DNA from: Terriglobia bacterium
Lineage (GTDB): Bacteria; Acidobacteriota; Terriglobia; 20CM-2-55-15
Length of the DNA stretch: 64,000 nt
Assembly: GCA_965198225.1 (NCBI GenBank)
Contig: CBDAOY010000009.1
Span: forward strand, 832,001-896,000
Reading direction: 5' to 3'
Shown here: one piece after another, positions 40,643 to 51,226 of the stretch
How positions within the stretch are numbered: position 1 is the first letter of the stretch
Layout of the letters: the number at the start of each line of letters is the position of its first letter
Program-made: the position numbers and the translations under genes
The notes under the pieces: model-generated
What the model saw: the letters and a program-made list of their open reading frames with translations, nothing else
Database searches by the model: none
Told to the model about the DNA's origin: nothing

Positions 40643-41578
40643 ATGACAACGATGGAAAAGAATGCGACGACTATTGCTACCTTCGACGACTGGGTCGACT
40701 ACTTCAAGAAATGGCAGGACGACATCGGACTGGACCGGAAAGTTTTCGGCGATTACGAGTGGTGCACGAAGTTCGGCGAGATCGACTCCGGCGAAGTTGA
40801 ATTTGGGGACTTCGCGGGGCGCGCAAAGTGGGAGAGTGTGATGCAGATCCCGGATCAGCGCATTCGAGACAGCCTGCTGCACTTGATCGTTTACCAGGGA
40901 GATACCGAGTTTGCCTCCACCGAGCAGCAACGCCACCTGCTGGCGAACGCGCCGAGCGAATACGAACTCCAGGCTGCGGCCCGCGTGATGAGGGAGGAGA
41001 TGCGCCACGGTTGGCAGATTGTGGAGATCGTCCAGAAGTACATCAACCGTTGGTTCTCCTCTGCGCTGGACCTGTTCGGCATCGACCATTCGTCGTCCGC
41101 GTCATGGTTTTACGTGTGGGGTTTGAAGGGTCGTTTCGACGAGCATGGTCCCTGTGGAGATCGTCCAGAAGTACATCAACCGTTGGTTCTCCTCTGCGCT
41201 GGACCTGTTCGGCATCGATTCGTCGTCCGCGTCAAGGAGGGTCGTTTCGACGAGCACGAACGAGGGATCGACAAGGATCACCTGAACGATCGTGCGCGAA
41301 CGCAGTATCATCGGGAGGTGACGGATCTGATCGGCCTCCTGAACAACGACATTACCGAGGGCAGGACCAGGCTCTACACCCCCGACATCAAGTTCAACCG
41401 TTCCCTCGGCGAGTACCAGGGCAAGACTTACAGCGTCCGGGGGGAGCTGCTAAGCTCTGAAGACTTTGTCAGCCACCTGGCCGACGTCCTGCCCGGACCG
41501 GCCGATCGAGCCAGGCTGGAAGAAATCTTCAAGGAAAAGGGCTGGATCTACCCGGTGGGGGAGCAGGTGACTGTGTGA
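40643..41578 (+). pseudogene. BoxB/PaaI-like diiron aromatic-CoA epoxidase subunit, internally rearranged
   Basis: QGDTEFAS.EQQR.L...APS.Y and EEMRHGWQ; the central part appears missing and a segment of about 125 bp is duplicated. Confidence 0.7.
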
Positions 41579-41607
41579 AGACCGTTATCCGTAGGCCGTA
41601 GGCCGTT

Positions 41608-41648
41608 GAAGAGAAGGCCCGGGCGCTTTCTGCCCGGGCCTTCTCTTC
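41608..41648. terminator. bidirectional hairpin between convergent genes
   Basis: GAAGAGAAGGCCCGGGC-N7-GCCCGGGCCTTCTCTTC. Confidence 0.7.
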
Positions 41649-41683
41649 TTCTTACAACGGGTAACGGCCTACGGCCTACGCCC

Positions 41684-42745
41684 CTACTGCTCTGCCTGTG
41701 GCAGAGCAGTAGGGGGCTCCACCTGCCATCCTTCGCCGTTGAGCGATCGCATGAACTCGAGCAGGTCGGCTTTTTCCGTGTCGGTCAGTTCCAGCTCTTT
41801 CATTTCCGGGTCGAGACTCGCGTTCTGGATACCGCCATCGTTGTAGAAGTCGATAACTTCCTCCAGCGTCCAGAACCGGCCATCGTGCATGTAGGGGCGT
41901 GTGTAGGCCAGGTCGCGAAGCGTGGGAGTCTTGAACCGTCCGCGGTCCTCCTCAGCTTCCGTCACCATATAGCGTCCGAGATCCGGATTCTCCTTATCCA
42001 GGCCCACGCCGAGGTTGTGGAACTGATTGTCGGTCAGGTTGAAGCCGGCGTGACATTTCAAGCAGTTGGCCTTCTCCTGGAACAATGTCCAGCCGCGCCG
42101 CGCGGATTCAGAGAGAGCGCTCTCTTCTCCCTTCATGAACCTGTCCCAGGGCGAGTTTCCGGAAATGATCGTTCGCTCGAAGGCGGCGATCGCCTTCCCA
42201 ACACTGTCGATCGTGATATCGGGTGAGCCGAAAATCGCTTCGAACTGCTGGCGGTACCCCGGTATGCCGTTCAGAGTCTCCACCACCACCCGGTGTGTGT
42301 TGGCCATCTCGATCGGATTGGCCATCGGTCCGACGGCCTGTTCTTCAAGGTCTCTGGCGCGGCCGTCCCAGAATACGCCCAACTGTGCGTAGGCCAGGTT
42401 GATCACGGTCGGCGCGCTCCGGCCACCTTCCTGCGCCATGACGCCCATGCTGACGGGTCGGCCGTCGGTGAAGCCCATGACGGGGTTGTGACAGGTCGCG
42501 CAACTCACAGTCCCGTCCGATGACAGTCGCGGGTCGAAAAAGAGTTGCTTGCCAAGCTCGACCTTCGCGAGCGTCATCGGATTGTCTTCGGGGATCGGTG
42601 GTGGGGCGTCTATTCCCAGCGGCAGCTCGATTTCCATGGGGTCGTGTGCTCCGGGAGGGAACTGGTACCCGCTGTCGGGAGCCTGCGGCTGACAGGCGAT
42701 CGCCATCAGCCCGAATACGCTCAGTGTGATCAATGTCTTCGACAC
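41684..42745 (-). CDS. diheme cytochrome c peroxidase (CcpA/MauG family), lipoprotein
   Basis: LFFDPRLS, CATCH, FWDGRA, CLKCH, FKTPTLR and PYMHDG; lipobox MAIAC; GTG after AAGGAGG. Confidence 0.92.
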   Translation of the reverse strand: MSKTLITLSVFGLMAIACQPQAPDSGYQFPPGAHDPMEIELPLGIDAPPPIPEDNPMTLAKVELGKQLFFDPRLSSDGTVSCATCHNPVMGFTDGRPVSMGVMAQEGGRSAPTVINLAYAQLGVFWDGRARDLEEQAVGPMANPIEMANTHRVVVETLNGIPGYRQQFEAIFGSPDITIDSVGKAIAAFERTIISGNSPWDRFMKGEESALSESARRGWTLFQEKANCLKCHAGFNLTDNQFHNLGVGLDKENPDLGRYMVTEAEEDRGRFKTPTLRDLAYTRPYMHDGRFWTLEEVIDFYNDGGIQNASLDPEMKELELTDTEKADLLEFMRSLNGEGWQVEPPTALPQAEQ

Positions 42746-42843
42746 AGGAACCTCCTTACAAACATCATGCCGAGGTCGATCGAGGAATCGGTCCTCCAAT
42801 GGCCGATAGCTCCGTTACAGGCCACTAGAATCACCATCCCGTT

Positions 42844-45609
42844 TCACCTGGAACTCATCTGCCGCAGAACGTACTGCAGAATCCCGCCATGCCTGTAATA
42901 CTCGATCTCGACGGGCGTGTCCAGCCGGGCCAGGACTTCGAAGCTCTTTTCCTGACCGGATTCGTCTCTTGTCCGGACCCGCAGCTTCTGACGGGGTTCG
43001 AGTCCCCCGCTGATGCCCTCGACATCGAACGTTTCATAGCCGCGCAACCCCAGGCTCGATCTTCCTTCGCCGTCGGCGAACTCGAGCGGCAGGACGCCCA
43101 TGCCGATCAGGTTGCTCCGGTGGATCCGTTCGAAACTCTGAGCCAGGACCGCCCGTACACCCAGCAGACGGGTTCCTTTGGCGGCCCAGTCGCGCGACGA
43201 TCCAGTGCCGTATTCCTTCCCGGCCACCACGACGAGCGGGGTTCCCTCTTTCTGGTAACGCATGGCCGCGTCGTAGATCGTCATCTGATCCCCATCGGGC
43301 ACGTGCAGAGTCCAACCGCCTTCAGTCCCCGGCGCCATCTGGTTTCGGAGCCTGATGTTCCCAAAGGTGCCCCGCATCATCACTTCATGATTACCACGCC
43401 GGGCCCCGAAGGAGTTGAAGTTCGCCGGCTCGACCCCGTTTTCCTGAAGGTACTGACCGGCGGGGCCGTCGGCCGGTATCGCCCCCGCGGGGGAGATGTG
43501 ATCGGTCGTGACCGAGTCGCCGAGCACTGCCAGGGCCCGAGCTCCGCGGATGTCCTCCAGATCCGGCGCCTCGCGCGGCATGTCCTCGAAGAACGGTGGT
43601 TTCTTGACGTACGTGGATTCCGGATCCCAGCCGTAGCTGTTGCCGGTCGGCACGCTCAGTTGGTTCCAGCGCTCATCGCCCTGGAGCGACTCTTCGTAGG
43701 CCTTGCGGAACATCTGCGGCTTGAGTGTGGAGGCGATCGCGCTCTGAATTTCCTCCTGATTGGGCCAGATGTCCTTCAGAAAGACCGGTTCGCCATCCGA
43801 GCCGGTTCCCAGAGGTTCGTTGACCAAGTCCACGTCCATGTTTCCCGCGATCGCATAGGCGACCACCAGCGGCGGCGACGCCAGGTAGTTCGCGCGAACG
43901 AGGGGGTTCACCCGGCCCTCGAAATTGCGGTTTCCACTCAGGACGGAGGCCGCCACCAGGCTGCCGCCTTGAATTCCTGCAGCGATGGGGCCGGGCAGCG
44001 GGCCGCTGTTGCCGATACAGGTCGTGCAACCGTATCCGACGAGGTGGAATTTCAACGCCTCCAGATCTTGGAGCAGTCCCGTTTCTCTGAGGTAATCCGT
44101 GACCACTCTGGATCCCGGAGCGAGGCTGGTCTTCACCCACGGCTGGACGTTCAGGCCCCGCCCGACGGCCTTGCGCGCCAGCAGCCCGGCGGCGATCATC
44201 ACGGAAGGGTTGGAGGTATTCGTACAGCTCGTGATCGCGGCGATCACGACGGACCCGTGACCGATCGAAAACTCCTCCGAATCGATCTTTACGGGCACCG
44301 CCTTGACCAGGGGCGCTAGTTCGTCGTCTCCGGAAACCGCATTCGAGGATGCCGAGGGCGCAGAGCCCGAGTCGATCCAGTCCTGCACCTTACCCCGATT
44401 GCCGCTGCCGTTCAGCATCGACGCCAGTACTCTCCGAAAGTCCTTCTTGGACCGGCTCAACGGAATTCGATCCTGGGGTCTCTTGGGCCCGGCGATCGCC
44501 GGTTCGACAGTCGAGAGGTCCAGCTCCAGCGAATCCCGGAAGACGGGTTCCGGCGTTTCCGGGGTGCGGAAGAGACCCTGCGCCTTCGAGTAGGCGTCCA
44601 CGAGCGCAATCCCGGCCGGATCGCGCCCGGTGAGCTCCATGTAGCTGAGCGTCTCGTCGTCCACAGGGAAGAACCCGATCGTCGCACCGTACTCGGGAGC
44701 CATATTCGATATGGTCGCCCGGTCGGCCAGCGACAGGTGCTCGATTCCCGGACCGAAGAACTCGACAAACTTGCCCACGACTCCCTTTGCGCGAAGAATC
44801 TCGACGACTCGGAGGACGGCGTCGGTGGCCGTTGATCCTTCCGGCAGCCGTCCGCTCAACCTGAAGCCCACGACATCGGGGATCAGCATCGACAGCGGCT
44901 GACCGAGCATCGCGCCTTCCGCTTCGATTCCTCCGACCCCCCAACCGACCACACCGATTCCGTTGATCATCGTGGTGTGGGAGTCGGTTCCGACCAGTGT
45001 GTCCGGGTATGCCACTGGCGGGGAGCCCCCTTCGTCGCGGAATACAACGGGGGCCAGATATTCCAGGTTCACCTGGTGCACGATTCCCGTGTCGGGAGGC
45101 ACGACCCTGAAATTGTCGAAGGCTTTCTGTCCCCACTTGAGGAACAGGTACCGCTCCCGGTTTCGCTCCAGCTCCCGTTCGGCGTTGAAGTCGAACGCCG
45201 CCGCAGTACCGAAGCGATCCACCTGCACCGAATGATCGATCACCAGATCGACTGGCTGTAGCGGGTTGATGCGTTCCGGATTGCCTCCCAGATCGCGGAT
45301 CATGTCCCTCATCGTGGCGAGGTCGACCACGGCTGGTACCCCGGTGAAGTCCTGCATGAGAACCCGCGCCGGGCGGAATGCGATCTCGCGTTCGCGACGT
45401 TCTCCGACCACGGATTCTGCCACCGCGCGCACATCGTCGGCCGATACAGACTCCCCGTCTTCGTGACGCAGGAGGTTCTCGATCATGATCTTCAGTGAAA
45501 AGGGCAGGCGGGACACTTCAACACCGGACTTCTCCAGCGCTTCCAGCGAGTAGTAGAGGAGCGACTCCTCGCCAAGTCGCAGTGTCGAGCGGGCTTCGAA
45601 ACTGTTCAT
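42844..45609 (-). CDS. acnA: aconitate hydratase A
   Basis: [35 protein letters not shown] and [10 protein letters not shown]. Confidence 0.97.
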   Translation of the reverse strand: MNSFEARSTLRLGEESLLYYSLEALEKSGVEVSRLPFSLKIMIENLLRHEDGESVSADDVRAVAESVVGERREREIAFRPARVLMQDFTGVPAVVDLATMRDMIRDLGGNPERINPLQPVDLVIDHSVQVDRFGTAAAFDFNAERELERNRERYLFLKWGQKAFDNFRVVPPDTGIVHQVNLEYLAPVVFRDEGGSPPVAYPDTLVGTDSHTTMINGIGVVGWGVGGIEAEGAMLGQPLSMLIPDVVGFRLSGRLPEGSTATDAVLRVVEILRAKGVVGKFVEFFGPGIEHLSLADRATISNMAPEYGATIGFFPVDDETLSYMELTGRDPAGIALVDAYSKAQGLFRTPETPEPVFRDSLELDLSTVEPAIAGPKRPQDRIPLSRSKKDFRRVLASMLNGSGNRGKVQDWIDSGSAPSASSNAVSGDDELAPLVKAVPVKIDSEEFSIGHGSVVIAAITSCTNTSNPSVMIAAGLLARKAVGRGLNVQPWVKTSLAPGSRVVTDYLRETGLLQDLEALKFHLVGYGCTTCIGNSGPLPGPIAAGIQGGSLVAASVLSGNRNFEGRVNPLVRANYLASPPLVVAYAIAGNMDVDLVNEPLGTGSDGEPVFLKDIWPNQEEIQSAIASTLKPQMFRKAYEESLQGDERWNQLSVPTGNSYGWDPESTYVKKPPFFEDMPREAPDLEDIRGARALAVLGDSVTTDHISPAGAIPADGPAGQYLQENGVEPANFNSFGARRGNHEVMMRGTFGNIRLRNQMAPGTEGGWTLHVPDGDQMTIYDAAMRYQKEGTPLVVVAGKEYGTGSSRDWAAKGTRLLGVRAVLAQSFERIHRSNLIGMGVLPLEFADGEGRSSLGLRGYETFDVEGISGGLEPRQKLRVRTRDESGQEKSFEVLARLDTPVEIEYYRHGGILQYVLRQMSSR

Positions 45610-45873
45610 AGTCGTGATTCTCTCTCCTGATTAACTGCGTGCGGGACAGCAAGGAGCGGCTCGGCTCGTTTGTTAACCACCCATTATAGTAGGGTCTTCC
45701 AGAAACTTAGTGGGTCCGTTTGCATGTCGCGATATTGAGGAATCCGCATTACAGATCGTTCATCGGGAATTGCTCAAGTCGAATCTTGGAGAACGAGCAT
45801 TCGGAGAGTTCAGGCATGGCCATCGCTGCCGCCTATTCAGTCCGTAGCAGGACTGCCCGAAGCCTCCGGACTC

Positions 45874-46998
45874 CTACCCGATTATGCTGACGCCGAGCAA
45901 CGTCCCGATGCCGTAGGTGGCGCTCGCCGCAAGCGCCCCTATCCCGAGCATCCGCGCCCCGCTAAAGAGTGCGTTCCTTCCCGTGAAGATCGAAATCAGG
46001 ACACCGGCACCGAACAAGGCGGCCGCAGCGCAGGAAGCGGACGCCAGAAAGGCGTAGTTGCCGCCGAGAAGCAGGTAAGGACCGACCGGGACGAAGGCAC
46101 CGAGGGCGAACGCGACGAACGAACTGGCCGCTGCCCCTCTCGGTGATCCCAGCGAAGTGGGATCCAAGCCGAGTTCTTCCCGGGCGAGCGTCTGGATGGC
46201 CTGTGCCGGGTCCGAAATGATGTGTTGTGCCAGGGCGTCCGCTTGATCGGCCGGGATCCCCTTCGCCTGGTAGATGAGCGCCAGTTCCTCGCGCTCCTCG
46301 TCGGGAGACATCTCCAGTTCCTGCGCTTCGAGCGCGATCTGCTGTTCGTAGAGTTCTCTCTGAGATTTGACCGACACGTATTCGCCCGCCGCCATAGAGA
46401 ACGCCCCGGCCAGCAGGCCGGCCACGCCGGCGAGCAGGATGATATCGGTGTCGACGTTGGCGCCGGCAATGCCCATTACCAGGCTGAAGTTGGAAACCAG
46501 ACCGTCGTTCATCCCGAAGACGGCCGCTCGGAGGCTCCCCCCGTAGCTGGTCCGGTGCCAGCGCTCCGCTCCCAGAATCGCGTCGGCCCCCGCCCCGGCC
46601 CCGATCGGGTCGTGCATTGCCTGGATGGTACGACGGTGACTGCGTTCCTCTGCCGGAAGCCTGCCTGCGTCGGCCTGCCCGGCGTACTCATCTTCGACGC
46701 CTGCTTCGATGCCGCTGATGACAGGTAACACATAGGACGTTCCGAAACGCTTTGCCAGCAGAGCCAGCAGGCCCACACGCCAGCTGGGCTTGAACCGCGG
46801 AACCGACTCCCCCGCCGACTCCATGAGGTGTGCCCAGCGCCGGCAGTGGCGTTCCTCCGCATTCGCGAGCTTCTTGAAGAGCTCCGCGCGCTCGGAGTTT
46901 GTTTCGGCCTCTGCCAGAGCCAGGTAAAGCGCGACCCCTTCCTTTTCGCGGAGGTAGTTCTGGCGGTGCCGCTTGATGTCTTCTGAGTCAGGTTTCAC
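45874..46998 (-). CDS. rubrerythrin-like domain fused to VIT1/CCC1 transporter (MbfA-like iron exporter)
   Basis: E..G...Y..LA...EERH N-domain; LRAAVFG.NDGLVSN and SMAAGEYVSV. Confidence 0.88.
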   Translation of the reverse strand: MKPDSEDIKRHRQNYLREKEGVALYLALAEAETNSERAELFKKLANAEERHCRRWAHLMESAGESVPRFKPSWRVGLLALLAKRFGTSYVLPVISGIEAGVEDEYAGQADAGRLPAEERSHRRTIQAMHDPIGAGAGADAILGAERWHRTSYGGSLRAAVFGMNDGLVSNFSLVMGIAGANVDTDIILLAGVAGLLAGAFSMAAGEYVSVKSQRELYEQQIALEAQELEMSPDEEREELALIYQAKGIPADQADALAQHIISDPAQAIQTLAREELGLDPTSLGSPRGAAASSFVAFALGAFVPVGPYLLLGGNYAFLASASCAAAALFGAGVLISIFTGRNALFSGARMLGIGALAASATYGIGTLLGVSIIG

Positions 46999-47137
46999 CG
47001 GTCCAGAATACTATAGAGATCGACGCCGAAAGGCCCACGACAAGATTGGTGAACCCTGCTTGAATTGACCCACCCCTTTTGCTAGCGTTAGCGTTTTGGT
47101 CTTTGCGCCGAATTTGTTCCGTTTGAGCCGCAAAAAG

Positions 47138-47662
47138 ATGATTCACGAATTCAAAGGTATGCGTCCCAGAATCGGGGCAGGGGTTTTCCTCGCCCCCGGG
47201 TCTCACGTCATCGGCGACGTCGAGATCGGGGACAATTCCAGCATCTGGTTCAACGCCGTGGTGCGCGGCGACATCGACTCCATCCGTATCGGGCACTACA
47301 CCAACATCCAGGATGCGTGCGTTTGCCACGTCATGATGGATGAATGCCCGCTGATCCTGGGTGACTACGTCACCGTTGGACATTCGGCGACGTTGCACGG
47401 CTGCGTGATCGAATCTCACTGCCTGATCGGCATGAGCTCGACGATCCTGAATGACGTGCGCGTGGGCGAGGGCTCGATCGTGGCGGCCGGTGCCCTCTTG
47501 ACCGAAAACCTCATCGTGCCACCCCGGAGCCTGGTTATGGGTATGCCAGCCAAGGTCAAACGGGAATTGACGGACGAAGAAGTCGCCGACATCGACGAAT
47601 ACGCCAGGCGCTACGTGGAGTACAAGGACAGTTATCTGGCAGGAGTGACAAGTGGCGGGTGA
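47138..47662 (+). CDS. gamma-carbonic anhydrase family protein
   Basis: hexapeptide repeats, VVRGD, NIQD and GHSATLHGC. Confidence 0.92.
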   Translation: MIHEFKGMRPRIGAGVFLAPGSHVIGDVEIGDNSSIWFNAVVRGDIDSIRIGHYTNIQDACVCHVMMDECPLILGDYVTVGHSATLHGCVIESHCLIGMSSTILNDVRVGEGSIVAAGALLTENLIVPPRSLVMGMPAKVKRELTDEEVADIDEYARRYVEYKDSYLAGVTSGG

Positions 47663-47679
47663 CGGGTGACGCGTAATGA

Positions 47680-47744
47680 TGTGCGGTCATAGACCGCACC
47701 TACATCACTGATGCAACAATGTGCGGTCACAGACCGCACCTACA
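47680..47744. repeat. two tandem REP palindromes
   Basis: TGTGCGGTCA(T/C)AGACCGCACCTACA at 47680 and 47720. Confidence 0.85.
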
Positions 47745-47752
47745 ATCGCTTC

Positions 47753-49012
47753 ATGATCAAATCCGTTCGTGGAACATACGACATCCTTCCCTCTGACGTC
47801 CGGCACTGGCATGCCCTCGAGACGGAGATGAGAGCTGTCTTCGAGTCCTACGCCTTCGGCGAGATTCGAACCCCGATTTTCGAAGCGACGGAGTTGTTCG
47901 TCCGCGGTGTGGGCCAGGAAACCGACATCGTCGCCAAAGAGATGTACACGTTCACGGACAAGAGCGAAAAGGGATCCTTGACGCTGCGACCGGAAGGGAC
48001 GGCTCCCGTCGTCCGTTCCTACATCGAGCACCACATGGCCGGTGAGTCTCGCATGGTCAAGCTGTACTACATCGGGCCGATGTTCCGGTACGAACGTCCG
48101 CAGCGGGGACGCTTCCGGCAGTTGCACCAGGCCGGCGTCGAAGTCCTCTCCTCCGACGACAACCCCGCGATCGAGGCCGAGGTTGTCGAGATGCTCATGC
48201 TGTTGTTCGAACGGCTCAATGTCACGGACCTGGAGACGGTGGTCAATTCGATTGGCTGTCGGGAATGCAGGCCCGCGTTCATTGAGGAACTCAGGGGCGC
48301 GATACGTGATCGGGCCTCCGACTTTTGCGGCGATTGCATTCGCCGCGCGGAAAGCAATCCACTGCGGGTTTTCGACTGCAAAGTCCCATCATGCCAGCCA
48401 TTGTTGGCGGAACTGCCCGCGATCACCGACAATCTTTGCGATTCTTGCCGGGAGCACTTCGAGAAGTTTCGGGCGTTTCTGGACGAACGGGGGATCACCT
48501 ACCGCATCGACCCAAGGCTTGTTCGGGGTCTGGACTATTACATGAGGACGACCTTCGAGATCCTGTCGGGGAGTCTCGGGGCTCAGGACGCGCTGGTCGG
48601 CGGGGGACGCTACGACGGCCTCATCGAAGCCCTCGACGGGCCGCCCACGAAGGGCTTCGGATTCGCCATGGGCCTGGACCGGCTGCTGTTGTCGATCCCG
48701 GACCTTGGCGCGCTTGCGTCGTACCAGGGGCCGGAGTACTTCATCGCGACGCTGGGAGACGAAGCGTTTCATTACGCTACGCTCCTGGCCCGGAAGCTGC
48801 GATCCCGGGGCAGCCGGGTTTACCTTGATTTCGATGGGCGCAGCCTGAAGAGCCAGATGCGGTTGGCCGGCAAGCTCGAGGCCGGCCAGGTTGTCATCAT
48901 CGGTCCCGAAGAGTTGAAGGCGGGGAAGCTCGTAGTGCGGGACATGGAAACCGGTGAGCAACAGGAAATGTCGGAGACGGAACTACTCGCACCCGAAAGG
49001 CAGGGCCATTAG
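47753..49012 (+). CDS. hisS: histidine--tRNA ligase
   Basis: LRPEGTA, FRYERPQ.GR, RGLDYY and GGGRYDGL. Confidence 0.97.
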   Translation: MIKSVRGTYDILPSDVRHWHALETEMRAVFESYAFGEIRTPIFEATELFVRGVGQETDIVAKEMYTFTDKSEKGSLTLRPEGTAPVVRSYIEHHMAGESRMVKLYYIGPMFRYERPQRGRFRQLHQAGVEVLSSDDNPAIEAEVVEMLMLLFERLNVTDLETVVNSIGCRECRPAFIEELRGAIRDRASDFCGDCIRRAESNPLRVFDCKVPSCQPLLAELPAITDNLCDSCREHFEKFRAFLDERGITYRIDPRLVRGLDYYMRTTFEILSGSLGAQDALVGGGRYDGLIEALDGPPTKGFGFAMGLDRLLLSIPDLGALASYQGPEYFIATLGDEAFHYATLLARKLRSRGSRVYLDFDGRSLKSQMRLAGKLEAGQVVIIGPEELKAGKLVVRDMETGEQQEMSETELLAPERQGH

Positions 49013-49021
49013 GTCCCACGT

Positions 49022-50785
49022 ATGTCAGAGAAGCGAAAAACTCACAGTTGCGCCGCCTTGACGGCCCACGACGACGGAGCCGAGGTCGTTTTGATGGGCT
49101 GGGTGCACCGTCGCCGGGACCACGGAGGGCTGGTATTCATCGACCTTCGGGATCGCGAGGGTGTAACCCAGGTTGTCTTTAATCCCGAGCGACATGCCGA
49201 GTCTCACCTGCAGGCGAAGGATCTGCGTTCCGAGTTCGTGGTCGCGGTTTCCGGAACCGTCACAAAGCGAGCTCCCGACCTGGTGAACACCAAACTCAAG
49301 ACGGGTGAGATCGAGGTGATGGCCGCCGGACTGGAAATACTAAGTGAAGCCAGGACCACGCCGTTTCCGATCGAAGACGACATCACGACCGCGGAAGACT
49401 TGAGGTTGAAGTACCGCTACCTCGACTTGCGTCGGCCGAAGATGCAGGCCAACTTCCACCTTCGACACCGGGCCATGATGGCCATCCGAAGCTACATGGA
49501 CGGACAGGGGTTCTGGGAAATCGAGACGCCGTTCCTGACGAAGTCGACGCCCGAAGGCGCCAGAGATTACCTGGTCCCCAGTCGTCTCTATCACGGCAAC
49601 TTCTACGCCTTGCCGCAGTCGCCTCAGATCTTCAAGCAAATCCTGATGGTGTCCGGCTTCGAGAAATACTTCCAGATCGTACGCTGCTTCCGTGACGAGG
49701 ACCTGCGCGCGGACCGGCAGCCCGAATTCACGCAGATCGACATCGAGGTCTCGTTCCCGGACGAGGACGGGTTCTTCTCTTCGATCGAAGGCCTGATGTC
49801 CGACGTTTTCGGGGTCCAGGAAATCGAGATCCAAGTCCCGTTTCCCCGGATGAGTTACGTCGAAGCGATGGATCGGTACGGCAGCGACAAGCCGGATACG
49901 CGCTTCGGATTGGAGTTGGCGGACTTCAGCGAAGTGTTTCGCGCCGCCGAGCCGTCGCTGTTTCGTGAGATCGTCGCCTCCGGCAACACCGTGCGTGGGC
50001 TCGTGGCGCCGGTTTCCTACTCTCGTAAGATCTCGGATGAAATCGACGAGTTCGTCAAGCAACTCGGAGGGGCCGGCGTCGCCTGGGTAAAGGTCTCCGA
50101 CGAGGGCTGGACGGGCACTCCGCCGGTCAAGAAAGCCGGCGCGCAGGCGATTGATGCGCTCATCAGCCAGGCCGGTGCGAAGCCCGGCGAGACGATCTTC
50201 ATGATTGCCGGGGACCGTATGGAGGCGCTGAATCTGCTGGGGGCTCTCCGGCTCGAGGTTGCCCGTCGGGAGGACTGGATCCCCCAGAACAAATGGAACT
50301 TCCTGTGGGTTGTCGACTTCCCTCTGTTCGAATTCGACGCGGCTGACGACCGCTGGGTGTCGCTGCACCATCCGTTCACGTCGCCGGTTCCGGAGGACCT
50401 GTCGATTCTGGAAAGCGAACCGGGCAAGGTCCGGGCCCGCGCGTACGACCTGGTCCTGAACGGCGTGGAGTGCGGCGGGGGTTCGGTCAGAATCCACCGC
50501 AGTGACGTCCAGAGCCGAATCTTCCGGTTGCTCGGGATGGATGAGGAAGAGGCGCAGGAGAAGTTTGGATTCTTCCTGGAGGCTCTCGAGTACGGGACGC
50601 CGCCACACGGGGGCATTGCGCTGGGCCTGGACCGAATCATCATGCTGCTGGCCGGCGGAACATCCCTCCGCGACGTGATCGCGTTTCCGAAGACCGCACG
50701 AGCCGTCGACCTGATGAGCGGCTCGCCGTCGCCCGTCATCGACCAGCAACTGAGGGAGCTTGGCATCAAACTCCGCAAGGGCTAG
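49022..50785 (+). CDS. aspS: aspartate--tRNA ligase
   Basis: [28 protein letters not shown] and [12 protein letters not shown]. Confidence 0.97.
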   Translation: MSEKRKTHSCAALTAHDDGAEVVLMGWVHRRRDHGGLVFIDLRDREGVTQVVFNPERHAESHLQAKDLRSEFVVAVSGTVTKRAPDLVNTKLKTGEIEVMAAGLEILSEARTTPFPIEDDITTAEDLRLKYRYLDLRRPKMQANFHLRHRAMMAIRSYMDGQGFWEIETPFLTKSTPEGARDYLVPSRLYHGNFYALPQSPQIFKQILMVSGFEKYFQIVRCFRDEDLRADRQPEFTQIDIEVSFPDEDGFFSSIEGLMSDVFGVQEIEIQVPFPRMSYVEAMDRYGSDKPDTRFGLELADFSEVFRAAEPSLFREIVASGNTVRGLVAPVSYSRKISDEIDEFVKQLGGAGVAWVKVSDEGWTGTPPVKKAGAQAIDALISQAGAKPGETIFMIAGDRMEALNLLGALRLEVARREDWIPQNKWNFLWVVDFPLFEFDAADDRWVSLHHPFTSPVPEDLSILESEPGKVRARAYDLVLNGVECGGGSVRIHRSDVQSRIFRLLGMDEEEAQEKFGFFLEALEYGTPPHGGIALGLDRIIMLLAGGTSLRDVIAFPKTARAVDLMSGSPSPVIDQQLRELGIKLRKG

Positions 50786-51056
50786 TGGCCTGTAACGGAG
50801 ATATCGGCACCATCGCCGATGGGTCTTGCCAGTCGAGGTCGAGGAGAGAGGAGGAATTGATGCGGTTTCATCATGACGACGAACGACAAAGAGATCGACG
50901 GCAACCCCCATCGGCCCGGAGGGTTGCGGCGGAACGGCACCGTCTTCGTTGTCGCTCCTCCTCGCAATGTAGGAGCATTACCTCGTCGTCGGCTCCTAGA
51001 ATCCGGTGCCGTTCCACCGCAACGCTGGTACCGATATCTCCGTTACAGGCCACTAG
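50782..51056. mobile_element. MITE with 31-bp terminal inverted repeats including CTAG
   Basis: CTAGTGGCCTGTAACGGAGATATCGG(C/T)ACCA at both ends; a solo end lies at 42803..42828. Confidence 0.8.
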
Positions 51057-51068
51057 GGGCATGGTGCG

Positions 51069-51136
51069 TGTAGGTGCGGTCTATGACCGCACATTCTTCG
51101 AACCGCAACAGCGTGCGCTCATAGAGCGTTCCTACA
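51069..51136. repeat. inverted REP doublet
   Basis: TGTAGGTGCGGTCTATGACCGCACA ... GTGCGCTCATAGAGCGTTCCTACA. Confidence 0.8.
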
Positions 51137-51226
51137 CCCTTTCGAGGCCTCCCGTGCCTCCGGAGGGTCCCCGGTTGGGCCGCCTGCATGCCAAGCTCAG
51201 GAATGCCTGTCGCTTCTCCGCGTGAT

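Noticed and set aside
48250-48450. Multiple CXXC-like motifs in HisRS
   Set aside because: A Cys-rich insertion domain is common in bacterial HisRS; none is CXXCH
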